DNA of 64,000 bases from Mobula hypostoma. Lineage: Eukaryota. A model generated the notes under the pieces. The model saw nothing but the letters and a program-made list of their open reading frames with translations. It had not been told where the DNA came from and searched no databases. The position numbers were made by a program, and so were the translations under genes. Shown piece by piece: positions 36,828 through 49,689 of the stretch. The stretch is from assembly GCF_963921235.1 (NCBI RefSeq), contig NC_086109.1, positions 22,570,001-22,634,000 of the forward strand, in the 5' to 3' direction. Numbering within the stretch: the stretch's first letter is position 1; each line of letters opens with the position of its first letter.

Positions 36828-37500
36828 CAAGATTCTTTATTAGGACTGGAAAGACAGAGGGGAGAAACTAGTATAAAAAAGGTGGCAGGAGGCGGGGGGA
36901 AGAAAAAGCTGATAGGCAATAGGTAAATCCAGGTGAGCAGTAAGAAGATGGGCTGATGTGGGGGCAAGTGGGATTGATGCAAAAACCTGGGAAGTGATAG
37001 GTGGAAGTGACACAAGGGGCTGAAGAAGATGAAATCTAATAGGAGAGGACAGTGGATAATGGAATAAAGGGACAGAGATAAGGAGGGAGGAATATGTGGG
37101 TGATGGGCTGTTCGAGACGCATGAGAGGGGAAAGAGTAGGAATGATGGGGCTGGTGGGGAAAGGGAAAACTGGGGAGAGAGGAGTGGTTACCGGACATTT
37201 GGGAAATTGACCTTCATGCCATCATGAAGGAGATTACCAATATGAAGTGCTGATCCTCTAATCTGCATCGAGCTTCATTTTGGCAGTAGAAAGAGCCTAG
37301 ACAGACGTATTGGTGTGGGAATTGAAGTGGAATTAAAATAACTGGCTACCAGAGGATCCTGGCTGTTATGGCGGACAGAATGAAGGAGTTTAATGAAACA
37401 TACCCCAATTTGCATCGGGTCTCACTCGTGTAAAGAAAGCATCTGAAAGACTCAATAAATGACACTGATGGACTGCCTCAAATGGAAGGATTGTTTAGGT
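36828..37500 (-). mobile_element. Old Penelope-like fragment
   Basis: Same layout as other copies: ttcatgccatca motif, purine tract, ggactgga. Confidence 0.6.
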
Positions 37501-37594
37501 CCTTGTGTCCATCATTGAAGATTTTTATTTGATATTTCCACATTTCCTTACCTGCATTGGAAAAAGTATGATTGATGTTTGTAATATTTTAAAG

Positions 37595-39625
37595 TAGTGG
37601 TCACCAACCTTTTTAAGCCCAAGATCCCCTACCTCGACCTTAGTGAAAGGCTAGATCTACCTACTAAATCGTTTAGATTTAGCTCAGATTGTACTTCCAA
37701 TTTGAGGCATCTTATTTGGGCTAATTGTATTTGAATTACACAAAATACTTTTGTCAAACTTTCAAATGAATTCAAACAAGAAAACACTGTAACTAGCATA
37801 TCAAACAGACCATAGCTGTCTTTCTTTAAGAATATTACAATACTTCACACCTTTAATTCTAAGTTTCATTATTTAATTTTATTTCAACATGAAAAATAAA
37901 TGAATAAAAATTGACTGTTGCACTCAGTGTGATGACTGGGCTGAATACTTTCTGCTAGTTCCCTGAAATTTGGCTCATAACTACAGACAGTCAGTCTGAG
38001 ACAGTCTGTGAGGTGTCTGTCAGTAAGACAGCTCCTGTACTTAGATTTAATAATTTTCATCTGTGAAAATGCAATTTCACATAGATAAGTTGACCTGAAG
38101 TAGGCACTGACTTTTAGTGCTATAAAACCAACGTGTACACCGCACATTGCTGGGGCCCCATCAGTAGTAATTGCCACCAGTTTATGAATGGGGATGTCAT
38201 TTTCACGGACATATCTTTTAAACTCATTGTAAATACCCTCACCTCTTGTTCTCTCCTTTAATTGCAAAAGAGCGAGGAAGTCCTCCTTTGTTGTAAAATC
38301 CTGGAAGGTCATTCTGACAAATACAAAAAGCTGAGCTGTTTGTATTACCTCCAGGGATTTATCAAACTGTAGTGAAAAATATTCACAGAGTGACAAGTCC
38401 TTTAACACTTGTCGATCCACGTCCTCTGACAGTGACTCTACCCTCCTTGTCACTGTTGCAGGGCCAAGCAGTATATTACGTATTGCAGCTGCGTTGTTTT
38501 TATTGTTTTTAAGTCATTAAAAACAGTCTCTGCGGTAATGGCCATTGCTTCCTTGAATAAATCACGATCTGTAAAAGGCTTCTTGTGTTTAGCCAAAAGG
38601 TGACTTACACGAAATGAAGCTTCAATAGCAGGCTTATTTTGAGCAGCATGTTTTGTGAAAAACGATTGCTGGGCCTTCAACCCCGATTTCGGCTCCTCAA
38701 CTTTCCAGGCACGAATTGCGCTCTTTGGGGGGTAGGTGTCTTTAAATTTCTGGTGGTTGGTGTTGTGGTGCCTCTCCAGAATCCCTCTTTTAGTCAGTCC
38801 TTATGTTTGGTGGCACAACATACATACACACAGTCTTTCACCAAGGTAAATAGAAATTCCTCTTCCCATTCTGGATGGAAGTTGTATGTTTTCGCCTTCT
38901 TTCATGGAGCCTCTGCCATGCTATCAGGATACCACCAGCGAGTGTCTTATATTATCCAGTGGTCCCCAACCTTCGGATCGCAGACCGATACATTGCCGAA
39001 AAGAATGCAGCGGTACAGCGGTAGTCGGAATGCAGCCAGCATACCTTTAAGAAAAAAGCCGAAATAAGCAAGCTAATTAATTAGGTGCCACCCAGCACGT
39101 AATTGTTGGCCCAGATTAGAGGCGACGCAATCGGCAATCGCCTCTGATCTGGGCTGACACTTACGTGCCGGGCAGCACCTAATTAATTAGTTTGTTTATT
39201 TCGGCTTTTTTCTTAAAGGTATGCTGGCTGCATTCCGACTACCGTTGCACCCCTGCATTCTTCGCGGATCGGTATTGGTCCGCGGCCCGGAGGTTGGGGA
39301 CCATTGCTCTTTTCTAATCTAATTGGTCACTTTGATGCAGCGCAAGCTATGCTGAAACCGCAATGCATGGTGGGGGTGCTACACACATGCGCACTTGGCA
39401 GAAAGAACAGAACTAAAACCCCGCAACCCAGAAACAATCTCTCTTTACAAACAGCTTTGTAGCGAAAGTATTGCTATATTACCATTATCCTAATTAGCAT
39501 TACTTATTTTTATAATGCTCACATTACAACAGTATTTGTGTATTTATTTTGATTTTTGTCGGGATCTACTGGGGAAGTCTCAAAGATTGACCAGTCGATC
39601 GCGATCGACGGGTTGGCGACCACTA
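37595..39625 (-). mobile_element. hAT DNA transposon (Charlie/SPIN/GTF2IRD2-like) with deleted, frameshifted transposase (~37925-38918)
   Basis: 8-bp TSD TTTTAAAG (37587-37594, 39626-39633). TIRs TAGTGGTCACCAACC / GGTTGGCGACCACTA. Motifs FHPEWEEEF, KHKKPFTD, FSLQFDKS, AQLFVFVR, ITTDGAPAM, STYLCEIAFSQMKIIKSKYRS. Confidence 0.93.
38957..39306. mobile_element. Palindromic hAT-type MITE nested in the hAT
   Basis: CAGTGGTCCCCAACC ... GGTTGGGGACCATTG; arms complementary almost to the centre at ~39130. Confidence 0.85.
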
Positions 39626-41000
39626 TTTTAAAGGGACTAAGTAACATAGATCATAACAAACTACTTTTTTTTCATGTCCTGAACAGTCAAAGCAGGCAAT
39701 ATTTGGATATAAAAGTTAAAAAATGGAGAATAAGAATCAGCAGCTCAGGCAGAATTTGTGAAGGGAGAAACATGGACAGAAAGGTTGATGTCCTTTCATC
39801 AGAACTGCAAAAATAATATAGAAATAAAATTAGATTATGGCTGCAGAGAAAGCAAGGAGGGGTTGTAAAAACATAAGAGATGGGAGAGGTAAGACAGATT
39901 GAATGATGGAAGTGGTGTGCAGCTGAACGAGGGCATTGAAAACTGTTGGATCCTAACATCCCTGTGATCCAAAGGTTCTTCAGAAGTCAAGAAAGAGGCT
40001 GTTTTATTCAGTATCACAAGAGTGGAAAATGAGTAAGGAAGAGGAGCCAAGAGAGCAAATAAAAAGCCAAAGCTGTTGCGCTCGTCTCCTACTCAGATGG
40101 GAGAAAATAAAATTCCAGTGATAACATTTAACCTACTAAAAGTCAGATTCAAGTGGTGTTAAACGTTTGCTATAGAAAACTAAGACATTTTAGATTAATA
40201 CAGAAGCAACTACACTGTAATTGCTGGAGATTTCACTGAAAAATTACATGTATATAGGCAATTGTATAAAAATAAAAGCAAGCATAGGAACTACAAACTA
40301 CGTGATAAATAACAATTCTACAACCCAATCCAACGAGGCCAATGAGTAGCAAAGACAGATATAAAAGGGAGACAACTAAAATGTAAAAACGCCAGAAGAG
40401 GAGGAGAGAAATTAGGAATTACCACATAACATAGAATTTAAACTTTTTTTCACATGGTCCCAACCATTGGATTTCTTTCTTTTGCCTTCTTCCTGTGATC
40501 CTCAAACACTTAAAACCCCGCACAATGTCATTGAATAACTTGTTCTCCTGATTGAAAACGAACCATTAGAGATTGCTGTGATCAGTTAACAACTCTATTA
40601 TTGTTACCTCATGTGACTATTGAATGGTAGAAGACGAACCAGCTGGAAACATGTTCTTTCCTGCTTCGCAATTCCCACAATGCAAATAAAAGTCTTCTGT
40701 CTATTATTATTCAGTCCATTTACTACTGAATGCAGTATCCAATTAGAAATATTCTATTTAGACAGCCTTGCATTTTCTTTTCTTTTGTTTTGCAAGTATT
40801 TTTTGTCGCTTATTTTTGGGAATGTAGGAGAAGCTAGCATTCATTGCGCAACCCAAACTACTCTGGCAAAAATAATGCTGACCCACCAACAGCAATCCTT
40901 CTAGTGGCTCACAATGTTCTTGATTGGGAGTTCCAGGGATTAGACCCAGTGATACACCTCCAAATCATGATGAGAGGAACTGGCAGGTGATCCTGTTCTC

Positions 41001-41548
41001 AAACAAGGGAAAATCTGCAGATGCTCGGAATCTGAGCAACACACACAAAAAACAGGCCAGGCGGCACCTATGGGAAAATGTACAGTCGATGTTTTGGGCC
41101 AAGACCCTTCGGCAGGACTGGAGGAAAAAAAAAGATGAGGAGTAGATTTAAAATGTGGGGGAGGGGAGAGAGAAACACAAGGTGACAGGTGAAACCGGGG
41201 AGGGATGAAATAAAGAGCTGAGAAGTTGATTGGTGAAAGAGATACAGGGCTGGAGAAGGGGGAGTGTGATAGGAGAGGACAGAAGGCCATGGAAGAAAGA
41301 AAAGGGGGGAGGAGCACCAGAGGGAGGTGATGGGCAGGCAAGGAGATAAGGTGAGAGAGGGAAAAGTGGATGGGAAATGGTGAAGGGGCAGGGGCATTAC
41401 TGGAAGTTCGAGAAATTGATGTTCATGCCATCAGGTTGGTCCCCTAACCCTAACCTGAATGTGGCCTCATCTCGATAGTAGAGCAGGCCATGAATTCACA
41501 TATCAGAATGGGAATGGGAAGCAGGAATAAAATGGTGGCCTCTGGGAC
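41001..41548 (-). mobile_element. Penelope-like 3' fragment with mutated hammerhead (~41083-41120)
   Basis: Minus CAGTC CTGCCGA AGGGTCTTGGCCC AAAAC ATC GACTG; QPDGMNINFSNF remnant. Confidence 0.8.
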
Positions 41549-44254
41549 ATTCAGTTCTGATGTGTCTGGAGCCCTTCACTCGTTTGGTGGTGTATGTAGT
41601 GGATCAGCAAGTGGTTATCAGGAAACTGAGGTGAGCAGCTGCAACTTCTTCTGTCAATTGCAAGCATAGGCCACTAATGACGAAGGGAGAGAATGCTTAG
41701 GTTGGTGAGCTGGATGCAATGAAACAGACAGCCTTGCCCTGTCACCGAGCTTCAGGCGTGTTGTTATAGCTGCTCTCATCCAGGCAAGTGGTGACTTTTC
41801 CATCACATTCCTCAACATGTCTCATTGACCTGAAGATCCTTTGGGATATCTGGAGATAAAGCACTTGATTCAAGATTGTTTAAAGTCATTTCCAGTAAAG
41901 GAGAATTAAATAATTATTACTCAGGCTTCAATGCAACATGAAAAACACAATAAGATAAAAACACATACATATAAAAACACAATAAACATAAATGCATAAA
42001 ATAGCTTACATAGATTGATTGATTGTATGCCCAGAAAGTGACACTTAATCTTTTCATTGGAAAAGGTTTAAAAAGTGAACAATAATAAAGGAACTTTAAC
42101 CAATGGACTTTTCTAAGTAATGTTTTCATCATTAGGTATATGACTAGATATTCATCAAGTCGCATGGGAACAACCCTGTGGTCCAGTGGATCTCTGATGG
42201 TGTTTATGTCCAATATCAGGAGTGTCTGTACATAAGTTGACTGACAGGAAATAATAAAGTAGTGGTGGTTGGGGTTGTGATGGGATGGGTTAGTGGGTGG
42301 AGATGTTGATCAGCCTTACTGCTTGGTGACAGTAACTGTTTTTGAGTCTAGTGGTCCAGCATTGGATACTGTAGATGTCTGGCTGCCGAGGAGCTCTCGT
42401 AGCCATAGTGTTAAACTGACTAATATAGATGAATTTCTGATCAATGGTGCTACCCTCACATCTCCTCAGGATGTTATGGAGGGGACTTAGTGATGGTATC
42501 ACCATTTAATTTCAAATTGAACTCGTTTCAGGAGAAGAACATTGTCTGATGGCGTGTTACTACTACCTCCTGCCTGAAAGATGTCAAGGTGTTGCTGAAT
42601 AAAGGCTTGCATTACTTCATTTGCTGATGAGTCATGAATTAAACTGAACATTTGTATAACCACTGGCAAGCATCCCAATTCTTAACTTTAGACAGAGAGC
42701 AAGTCATCGGTGAAGTTAATCCTAGAACCCTGTCCAGACAAGATCTTGAAGTTATATTTCCTTTACCAACTCTTTGTTCAACTTGTTTTTGAAAGTTATG
42801 ATTGTATCTACTTCCAGCATATCCATGTGTTGGAAATGATTAATGGAGGACTCAAGGAAATCCATGCACATCAATCATCATACGATGTCAGTGTATACTT
42901 TGCATAGCTGTTTGCAAACTGCTGTTTGTGCTTTCTTGATATTTCTGTCTCATGGATGTCTTTTACAAAGATAAAGATGTATTTTGAGATGGTTTGTGAT
43001 ATAGGAGTGTATCATTTCTGATCAGCAAGTTATTTTTAGATTCAATATTTGAAGTAGTCTAGATGGATAAAACTCATAAAATCTTGGTCAAAGCCATGGA
43101 CCATTGACCTGATGGACATTGAAAGTCCAACATAATTCTATTAAAAGGTCTGTTTATAACTCTTAATTTATTGGAAAAGTTAAAAAGTGAAAAATACTGA
43201 AGGAAATCTAGCCAATGGACTTTTCTGGTTAATGCTTTCATCATTAGATATACATACAGATATTCAGCAAAAAAGCAGGGCAACATCAGGCTCCACAAGT
43301 AAGCATACTATTTTGAGCTCTGTCACAGGAAAAGGTATCAGGTGGACAGACGGAACTATTCAAGGATATGTTAAAGCCTTGTTGAAGAAATGCAATATCC
43401 CCACTGGCTCCCGAGATCTCCAGCACGTGGCTCCTCAAAGCTGAAAAAGAGTAATTTGGTCTTGAAAGTCTTGAGTCCATGCATCAGGTGCACACAAAAG
43501 CCCTATATAACCAGTGGAAGGAGCACTCTACCTTGCAAACCACCCACACCTCTGCCCGGTTAGGTACTTTGTTGGCATGGATACAATAGACTGAGTTGTC
43601 TACTTCTGTGTCATTATAAGTTAAGCGTCAGATCAATGTTCCACGGCTCTGACCAAGATTTTATGAGTTTAATCCATCTAGGCTACTTCTAACATTATTC
43701 CTCTAAACGTAAACTACAGAAACTAATTTAGGTAAATTCTAAATCTATGCCATCTCTTCATAGTGATTTATTTTCCTGAACCTGAAGGACCCAATACTTT
43801 CATGCTGCTGTTCTTTAGATAAATATTTGATTGGTTTTACCTTCAATTTATTCAATTCACTTTGAAAAGTTACTATTTCACGCAGTGTACTCCAGATAAT
43901 CAAATCTCATTGCACTTAAGCAATCTTACCACATTACCTCTGCTGGCTTCTTTGCCAATTATTTAAAATCCATCTCAATGTTACCAACCTCACCTAATTC
44001 TCCCTGTCTTTTGTCCAAATCCTGCATAATCTCAAACACATTTGTGAAATCTCCCTTAAAATTCTCTGCTCTTAAGTGTCCCACATCATGCAATATAGCC
44101 AAAGTCCTGTAAACTGAGATATCTTTAAGTGACTCAACTTTGCTCTCACACCCAAAACTTTGACTATTTTTCCTCTGCTATCAGCGACATCAGGACACTT
44201 ACTAGAATTTAGTTTCATTGGTATCTTGTATAATCACTATAATTTCAAGTTCAT

Positions 44255-44940
44255 TGTGCCAATATCTCTGAGGAACTCACCTGGATGCAACGTATTGATA
44301 TAGCTATAAAGAAGGCAAGATGGCGGCTTTATTTCATTTGGAGTTTGAGGAGATTTGGTTTGTCAACTGAAACATTCAAAAACTTCTACAAATATACCGT
44401 GGAGAGTGTTCTGACTGGCTGCATCACCGTTTGGTATGGGGGGAGGGTGGGTGTGGGGGAAGGGTTGCTGCACAAGATCAAAGTAAGTTGCAGAAGCTTG
44501 TAAAATTAGTCAGCTCCATCACAGGTACTACTAGCCTCGTAATATCCAAGGCATCTTCAAGGAGTGGTGTCTTAGGAAGGCGGCGTCCATCATTAAGGAT
44601 TCCCACCACCCAGGACATGCCCCCTTCTCATTGTTACCATCAGGAAGGAGGTACAGAAGCCTGAAGGCAAACACTCAGCGATTCAGGAACAGCTTCTTCC
44701 AAACTCTGCCAACCGATTTCCAAATGGACATTGAACCCATGAACACTACCTCACTACTTTTTTTATTTCTGTTTTTTGTTTGAACTACTTATTTTAACTT
44801 AACTACTAAATGGACATCTATATACTTATTGTAATTCAGTTTTCCCCTCTATATTTATTTATCATGTATTTCATCGTACTGCTGCCGTAAATTTAACAAA
44901 TTTCATGACATATGCCAGTGATATTAAACCTGATTCTGAT
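44255..44940 (+). mobile_element. Rex1/Babar-like LINE 3' end
   Basis: KKARWRLYFIWSLRRFGLSTETFKNFYKYTVESVLTGCITVWYG; attaaacctgattctgat tail. Confidence 0.85.
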
Positions 44941-45556
44941 AGTAACAGAGATTAACTCATGATTTGTTCCCCCATGAAGTTCCTGCCATGGAGCAGGTTC
45001 CATATTGCCATTCATTGTCTTAGTTTGGTAACTTGCCAGTAACATATCTTAGATCTACGGTCAAGCAAGCAATAAATGACTAGGTAGCAAGGTTATTTTT
45101 TTAAAATATAAAGCTGCATTTTGTGATTTGTTTCTCCTATTATTGCTAACAGTAATCTTTACTCGTGTCATTGGGTAGTACTTTCAATTTCAAAGCTCAG
45201 AAGGTCAAGGATCTGAGCTCCACTCTGGGGAATTGAACCCATAACCCAAAGTGACAGTCCTAGTTCAGTGACAGATTGTGAGATCTTAATGCATCAAAAA
45301 ATTCTTTAAGCAATCCCTATAGAAGAGGAGAGGTGTTTTTTTTACCCTGTGTCTTGGGCAGTATTTATCCATCAACCAAGCGTGATCATCAAAAAAGCCT
45401 TTGATGCTGGAATTCTAAAATAGAAGTAGAAAATGCTGGAAATAGTCAACAGGTTATAAACATAAGAGATTCTGCAGATGCTTGAAATCTTAGCAACACA
45501 AACAAAATGCTGGAGGAACTCAGCAGGTCAGGCATCATCTATGCAGGGGAATAAAG

Positions 45557-46355
45557 ACCATAAGATATAGGATCAGAATTGGGCTATTTGGCCCATTGAG
45601 TCCACTCCACCATTTCATCATAACTGATCTAATTTTCCTCTCAGCCCCAATCACCTGACTTCTCCCCATATCCCTTCAAGAATCTATCAACCTCTGCCTT
45701 AATTATACATAAGACTTGGCCTCCACAGCTGCCTGTAGCAAAGAACTCCACAAATTCACCTTTCTATGACAAAAGCAATTCCTCCTCATATCCATTCTAA
45801 AAGGACACCCCTTCATTCTGAGGCTGTGTCTTCTAGTCTAGGGCTCTCCCACCATGGCAAACAACCTCTCCACATCTACTCTAACAAGGCCTTTCACCAT
45901 TTAATAGGTTCACATGAGGTCACCCTCAATCTTCTGAATTCCAATGAATACTGGCCCAGAGCCATCAAACGCTCTTTATATGACAAGCTGTTCAATTCTG
46001 GAATCATTTTCGTGAACCTCCTTTGAACCCTCTCCAGTTTTATCACATCCTTTCTAAGATACGGGGCCCAAAACTGCTCACAGTACTCCAAGTGAGGGCT
46101 CACCAGTGCTTTATAAAGTTTCAACATTACATCCTAGCTTTTATATTCCAGTCCTCTTGAAATGAATGCTAACATTGAATTTGCCTTCCTAACCACAGAC
46201 TCAACCTGCAAATTAACCTTTAGTGAATCCTAACACAAGGACTCCCAAGTCCATTTGCACCTCCAGATTTTGTTTTGTATTTTCTCTCCATTTAGAAAAT
46301 AGTCAACCATTTCATTTCTTCTCCCAAAGTGTATTACCATACACTTCCTGACACA
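45557..46355 (-). mobile_element. CR1 LINE 3' portion, flanked by inverted Penelope termini (~45460-45555, ~46358-46492)
   Basis: MLKLYKALVSPHLEYCEQFWAPYLRKDVIKLERVQRRFTKMIPELNSLSYKERL; accataagatatagg tail. Confidence 0.9.
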
Positions 46356-48782
46356 ATATTCATCAGGACTGGTCTGAATGAAACGTAAACTCTTTACTCT
46401 TTTCCAATAGATGTTGCGTGACCTGCTGAGTTCCTCCAGATTTTCTGTGTGTTGCTTTGGATTTCCAGCATCTGCAGACTTTCTTGTGTTTGACATTTTT
46501 CTTTTATGCCTAACTTAAGGACACCTATTCCTAAGAATTAGGTCCTATAATATTATTTAGTTTTAAAATCATACTTTCGTTCCGAATAATGGTAGGACTA
46601 GTTTCCCCTTTCTCACTCCATTTTTAATAACTGTTCTTTCTTATCAGTCTCATGTGTTTTTTGTACAATTCATTCTAATTTTGTGAAGGTTTGCTTACAT
46701 ATTAAGTAAATCTTATGAATTTTCTGATTCATGGACAATAACGACTTGTAGATGTCTGTAAAAACAAAGTCTGTTCATTGCCTGTTAATGGGCTGTATTG
46801 TTTCACTCAGCTCTAAGCAATAAAAGCAGATGTTTTTTCCTTAGAACTTATTTCTTAATGTGTTTTTTCCCCTGTTGCTGCATTGCTTTCTTTCAGCCAG
46901 TTTAACTCAACAAGCGTTGCAAATCATGGGGAAGGCTGTCCTTGCTGAATTCTAAATGAAGCTGTCGAAGCTATTTGTGCTATAAATAAGTTGAGCAATC
47001 TGTAGATCAGATACGACACTGCAGACAAGCAGTAATTTCACACAGTCCATGGTTCTTAATTAATCTCTTGACAGACTAGCAGCTTGACCAATGACCAGCA
47101 GGTGGCATGGTGAGCATTCACAAACTCTCCCATTGATTTTATTATCAGGGCTGGACGCAGTTCATTTCTTTAAAATAAATTATCCATTTCCTTTAAAATG
47201 CTGGACTCTTGGAGTGTTGCAGTGTTGACCTAACTCACAGATGCTGGGAAAAGATGAGGTTTCCAGAATCAAACTTGACATTCAACCTTGGCTTATATTT
47301 GGAACAAAAGTAACAACTTGAATTTATGCAATGCTTTTAACATACGTTCTCAAAGGTGCAAGTATCAAATTAAATTTGACTTGGTCATTATCGAGGTATT
47401 AAGTCAGATGAGTTAGCAGAACAGTACAGCACAGGAACATCCCTTCTGAGCTGTTCTACTCATGTTCCGAATATGAAGTCTGGGCTGAGCATGATGCCAA
47501 ATTAAACTAATCCCTTCTCTCTGTGCCCAGTGCCTATCTATCCATGCCCTGCATATTCAAGTACGAATGTAAAAGCCTCTTAAATGCCACCATTGTATTA
47601 AAGATGTAGATTAGGGGGAAGTGACTTAGAAAGATAAAGAGGATCAGTGAGAGATGTAATTTAAGAAGTTTTGAAGGCAGGTTTACGAGTGGTGGAACAA
47701 TTAATCACTCCTTGAAATCAGAAATGGAGTGAAAACAAATCATCTTCATTTCTGAGGAACTGTGTAGGCAGAGCAGAAGTTAGGATTGACAGGTCAGATT
47801 TGGAGGAACGCACAGGGTAGAGATTCCACCATCCAGTCCATACTCTCTTCTCACTGCTGCCATCAGAGTCCTTAGGTCCTACACTACCAAGTTCAGGGAC
47901 AGTTATTACCCTTCGACCATCAGGAGCCTGTACCAGCATAGATAACTTCATTCACCACAACCCTGAACTGATTCCACAACCTATAGATTCACTTTCAAGG
48001 ACTCTACAATTCATATTCATAATATTATTATTATTATTTGTTTATTTTATATGTACAGTTTGTCTTTTTCACATTGGTTGTTTGTCCATCTTCATAGGTT
48101 TTCATTGATTCTACTGTTTCTTTGCACCTACTTTGAATGCCTACAAGAAAATGAATCTCAGGGTAGTATATGGTGACATATGCTGGTTGTCCACTGCCTC
48201 TAACAGTGACAGGAGACCTGTGTATGAGAGTTTTTAAAGTGAAAAAGCTCTCTCGATCTCAGAAGCCCGGGTTCTATGGTACAGGTAATCATCACAAACT
48301 GGGTCTTCCTTGGTTGTGGTGGATAATCATGACTTCTTCAGTGCCATATCATGCCCTCTGATCTCCACAGAGCATTGCAGAACCACCTTCCATCGGACCT
48401 CACTGTTGATCTCATCCACCCAGTCAGCCAGAGCTAGGACAGGCATATCCCCATCACATCAGGGTATGAGGCCCCTCGCCTCCCCTCGCCTGGTTTAGCC
48501 CGCCTGTTGAAGTGGTGTATCAGGGCGTGGCCGTTGTCACATTCAAACAGCTGCTTGGAGCCAAGGGTGAGAGCTGAGTGTCCGGTAGGAACCAAAGGTG
48601 GGTGAGCTGCCCCAGAATGGACATGACAAGCCCTTCACCAGAGGTGCTGCCCTTCCCTGGATGCCCCATACACCCTAGTGATATATAAGTACTTTGATGA
48701 TAAATCAAAGTTTATTATCAAAGTAAGTTACCTTACTTTACTTTACTGGAAACATGTACATTGAAACATTCAGTGAAATGTT

Positions 48783-49199
48783 GAGTGAACTTGGCCTTTT
48801 CTCCTTGGAGCAATGGGGGATGAGAGGTGACCTGATCGAGGTGTATAAGATGACAAGAGGCATTGGTCGTGTGGATAGCTAGAGGCTTTTTCCCAGGACT
48901 GAAATGGCTAACATGAGGGGGCATAGTTTTAAGGTGCTTGGAAGTCGGTACAAGGGGGATGTCAGAGGTAACTTATTTTATACACAGAAAGTGGTGGGTG
49001 TGTGGAATGCACTGCCAGCAACAGTGGTAGAGGCAGATACAATAGGCTCTTTTGAGAGACTCTTAGGTGCATGGAGCTTAGAAAAATAAAGGGCTATGCA
49101 GCAGAGAAATTCTAGGCAGTTTCTAGAGTAGGTTACGCGGTCAGCACAACATTGTGGGCCAAAGGGCCTGTAATGTGCTGTGGATTTCTATGTTCTATG
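48783..49199 (+). mobile_element. CR1 LINE 3' end
   Basis: MRGDLIEVYKM / RGHSFKV / YTQKVVGVWNALPA remnants; (ttctatg)2 tail. Confidence 0.85.
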
Positions 49200-49689
49200 T
49201 GTTGTTTGCATCAAATCAAATCAGTGAGGATTGTACTGGGCAGCCTGCAAATGTCGCCATACTTCTGGTGCCAACATAGCGTGCCCACAACTCACCAATC
49301 TTAACCGTACATCTTTGGATTGTGGGAGGAAACCAGAGCACCCGGAGGAAACCCACGCAGTTAAGGGAGAGTGTGCAAACTCCTTACAGACATCGGCAAG
49401 GATTGAACCCCAGTCGATAATCACTGGGACTGTATGGTGATACACTTACTGCTATGCTACTGTGCTACCCCTTATCTCAGTGTGCTAGGGCTGGAAAGTG
49501 CTACAGAGATATTACAGAGATCTCAATAGGAAAAGAACATTTCAAAGTGGTCACTGTTGAAGCAGGCGGCAATATGGGTTAGCAGGCATTGAAGTACTGG
49601 AGGTGAAAACATTCCAAATTCGGATATAGCATTAGAAGGGCGTTATGGGCCCTGCTCCGGTATGTTCATGTCTGTGTGGACAGGTTCAC

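Noticed and set aside
37884..38453. 189-aa ORF as a domesticated GTF2IRD2/ZBED-like host gene
   Set aside because: Lies between TIRs with a TSD, has upstream frameshifts and a large internal deletion; a decayed transposon.
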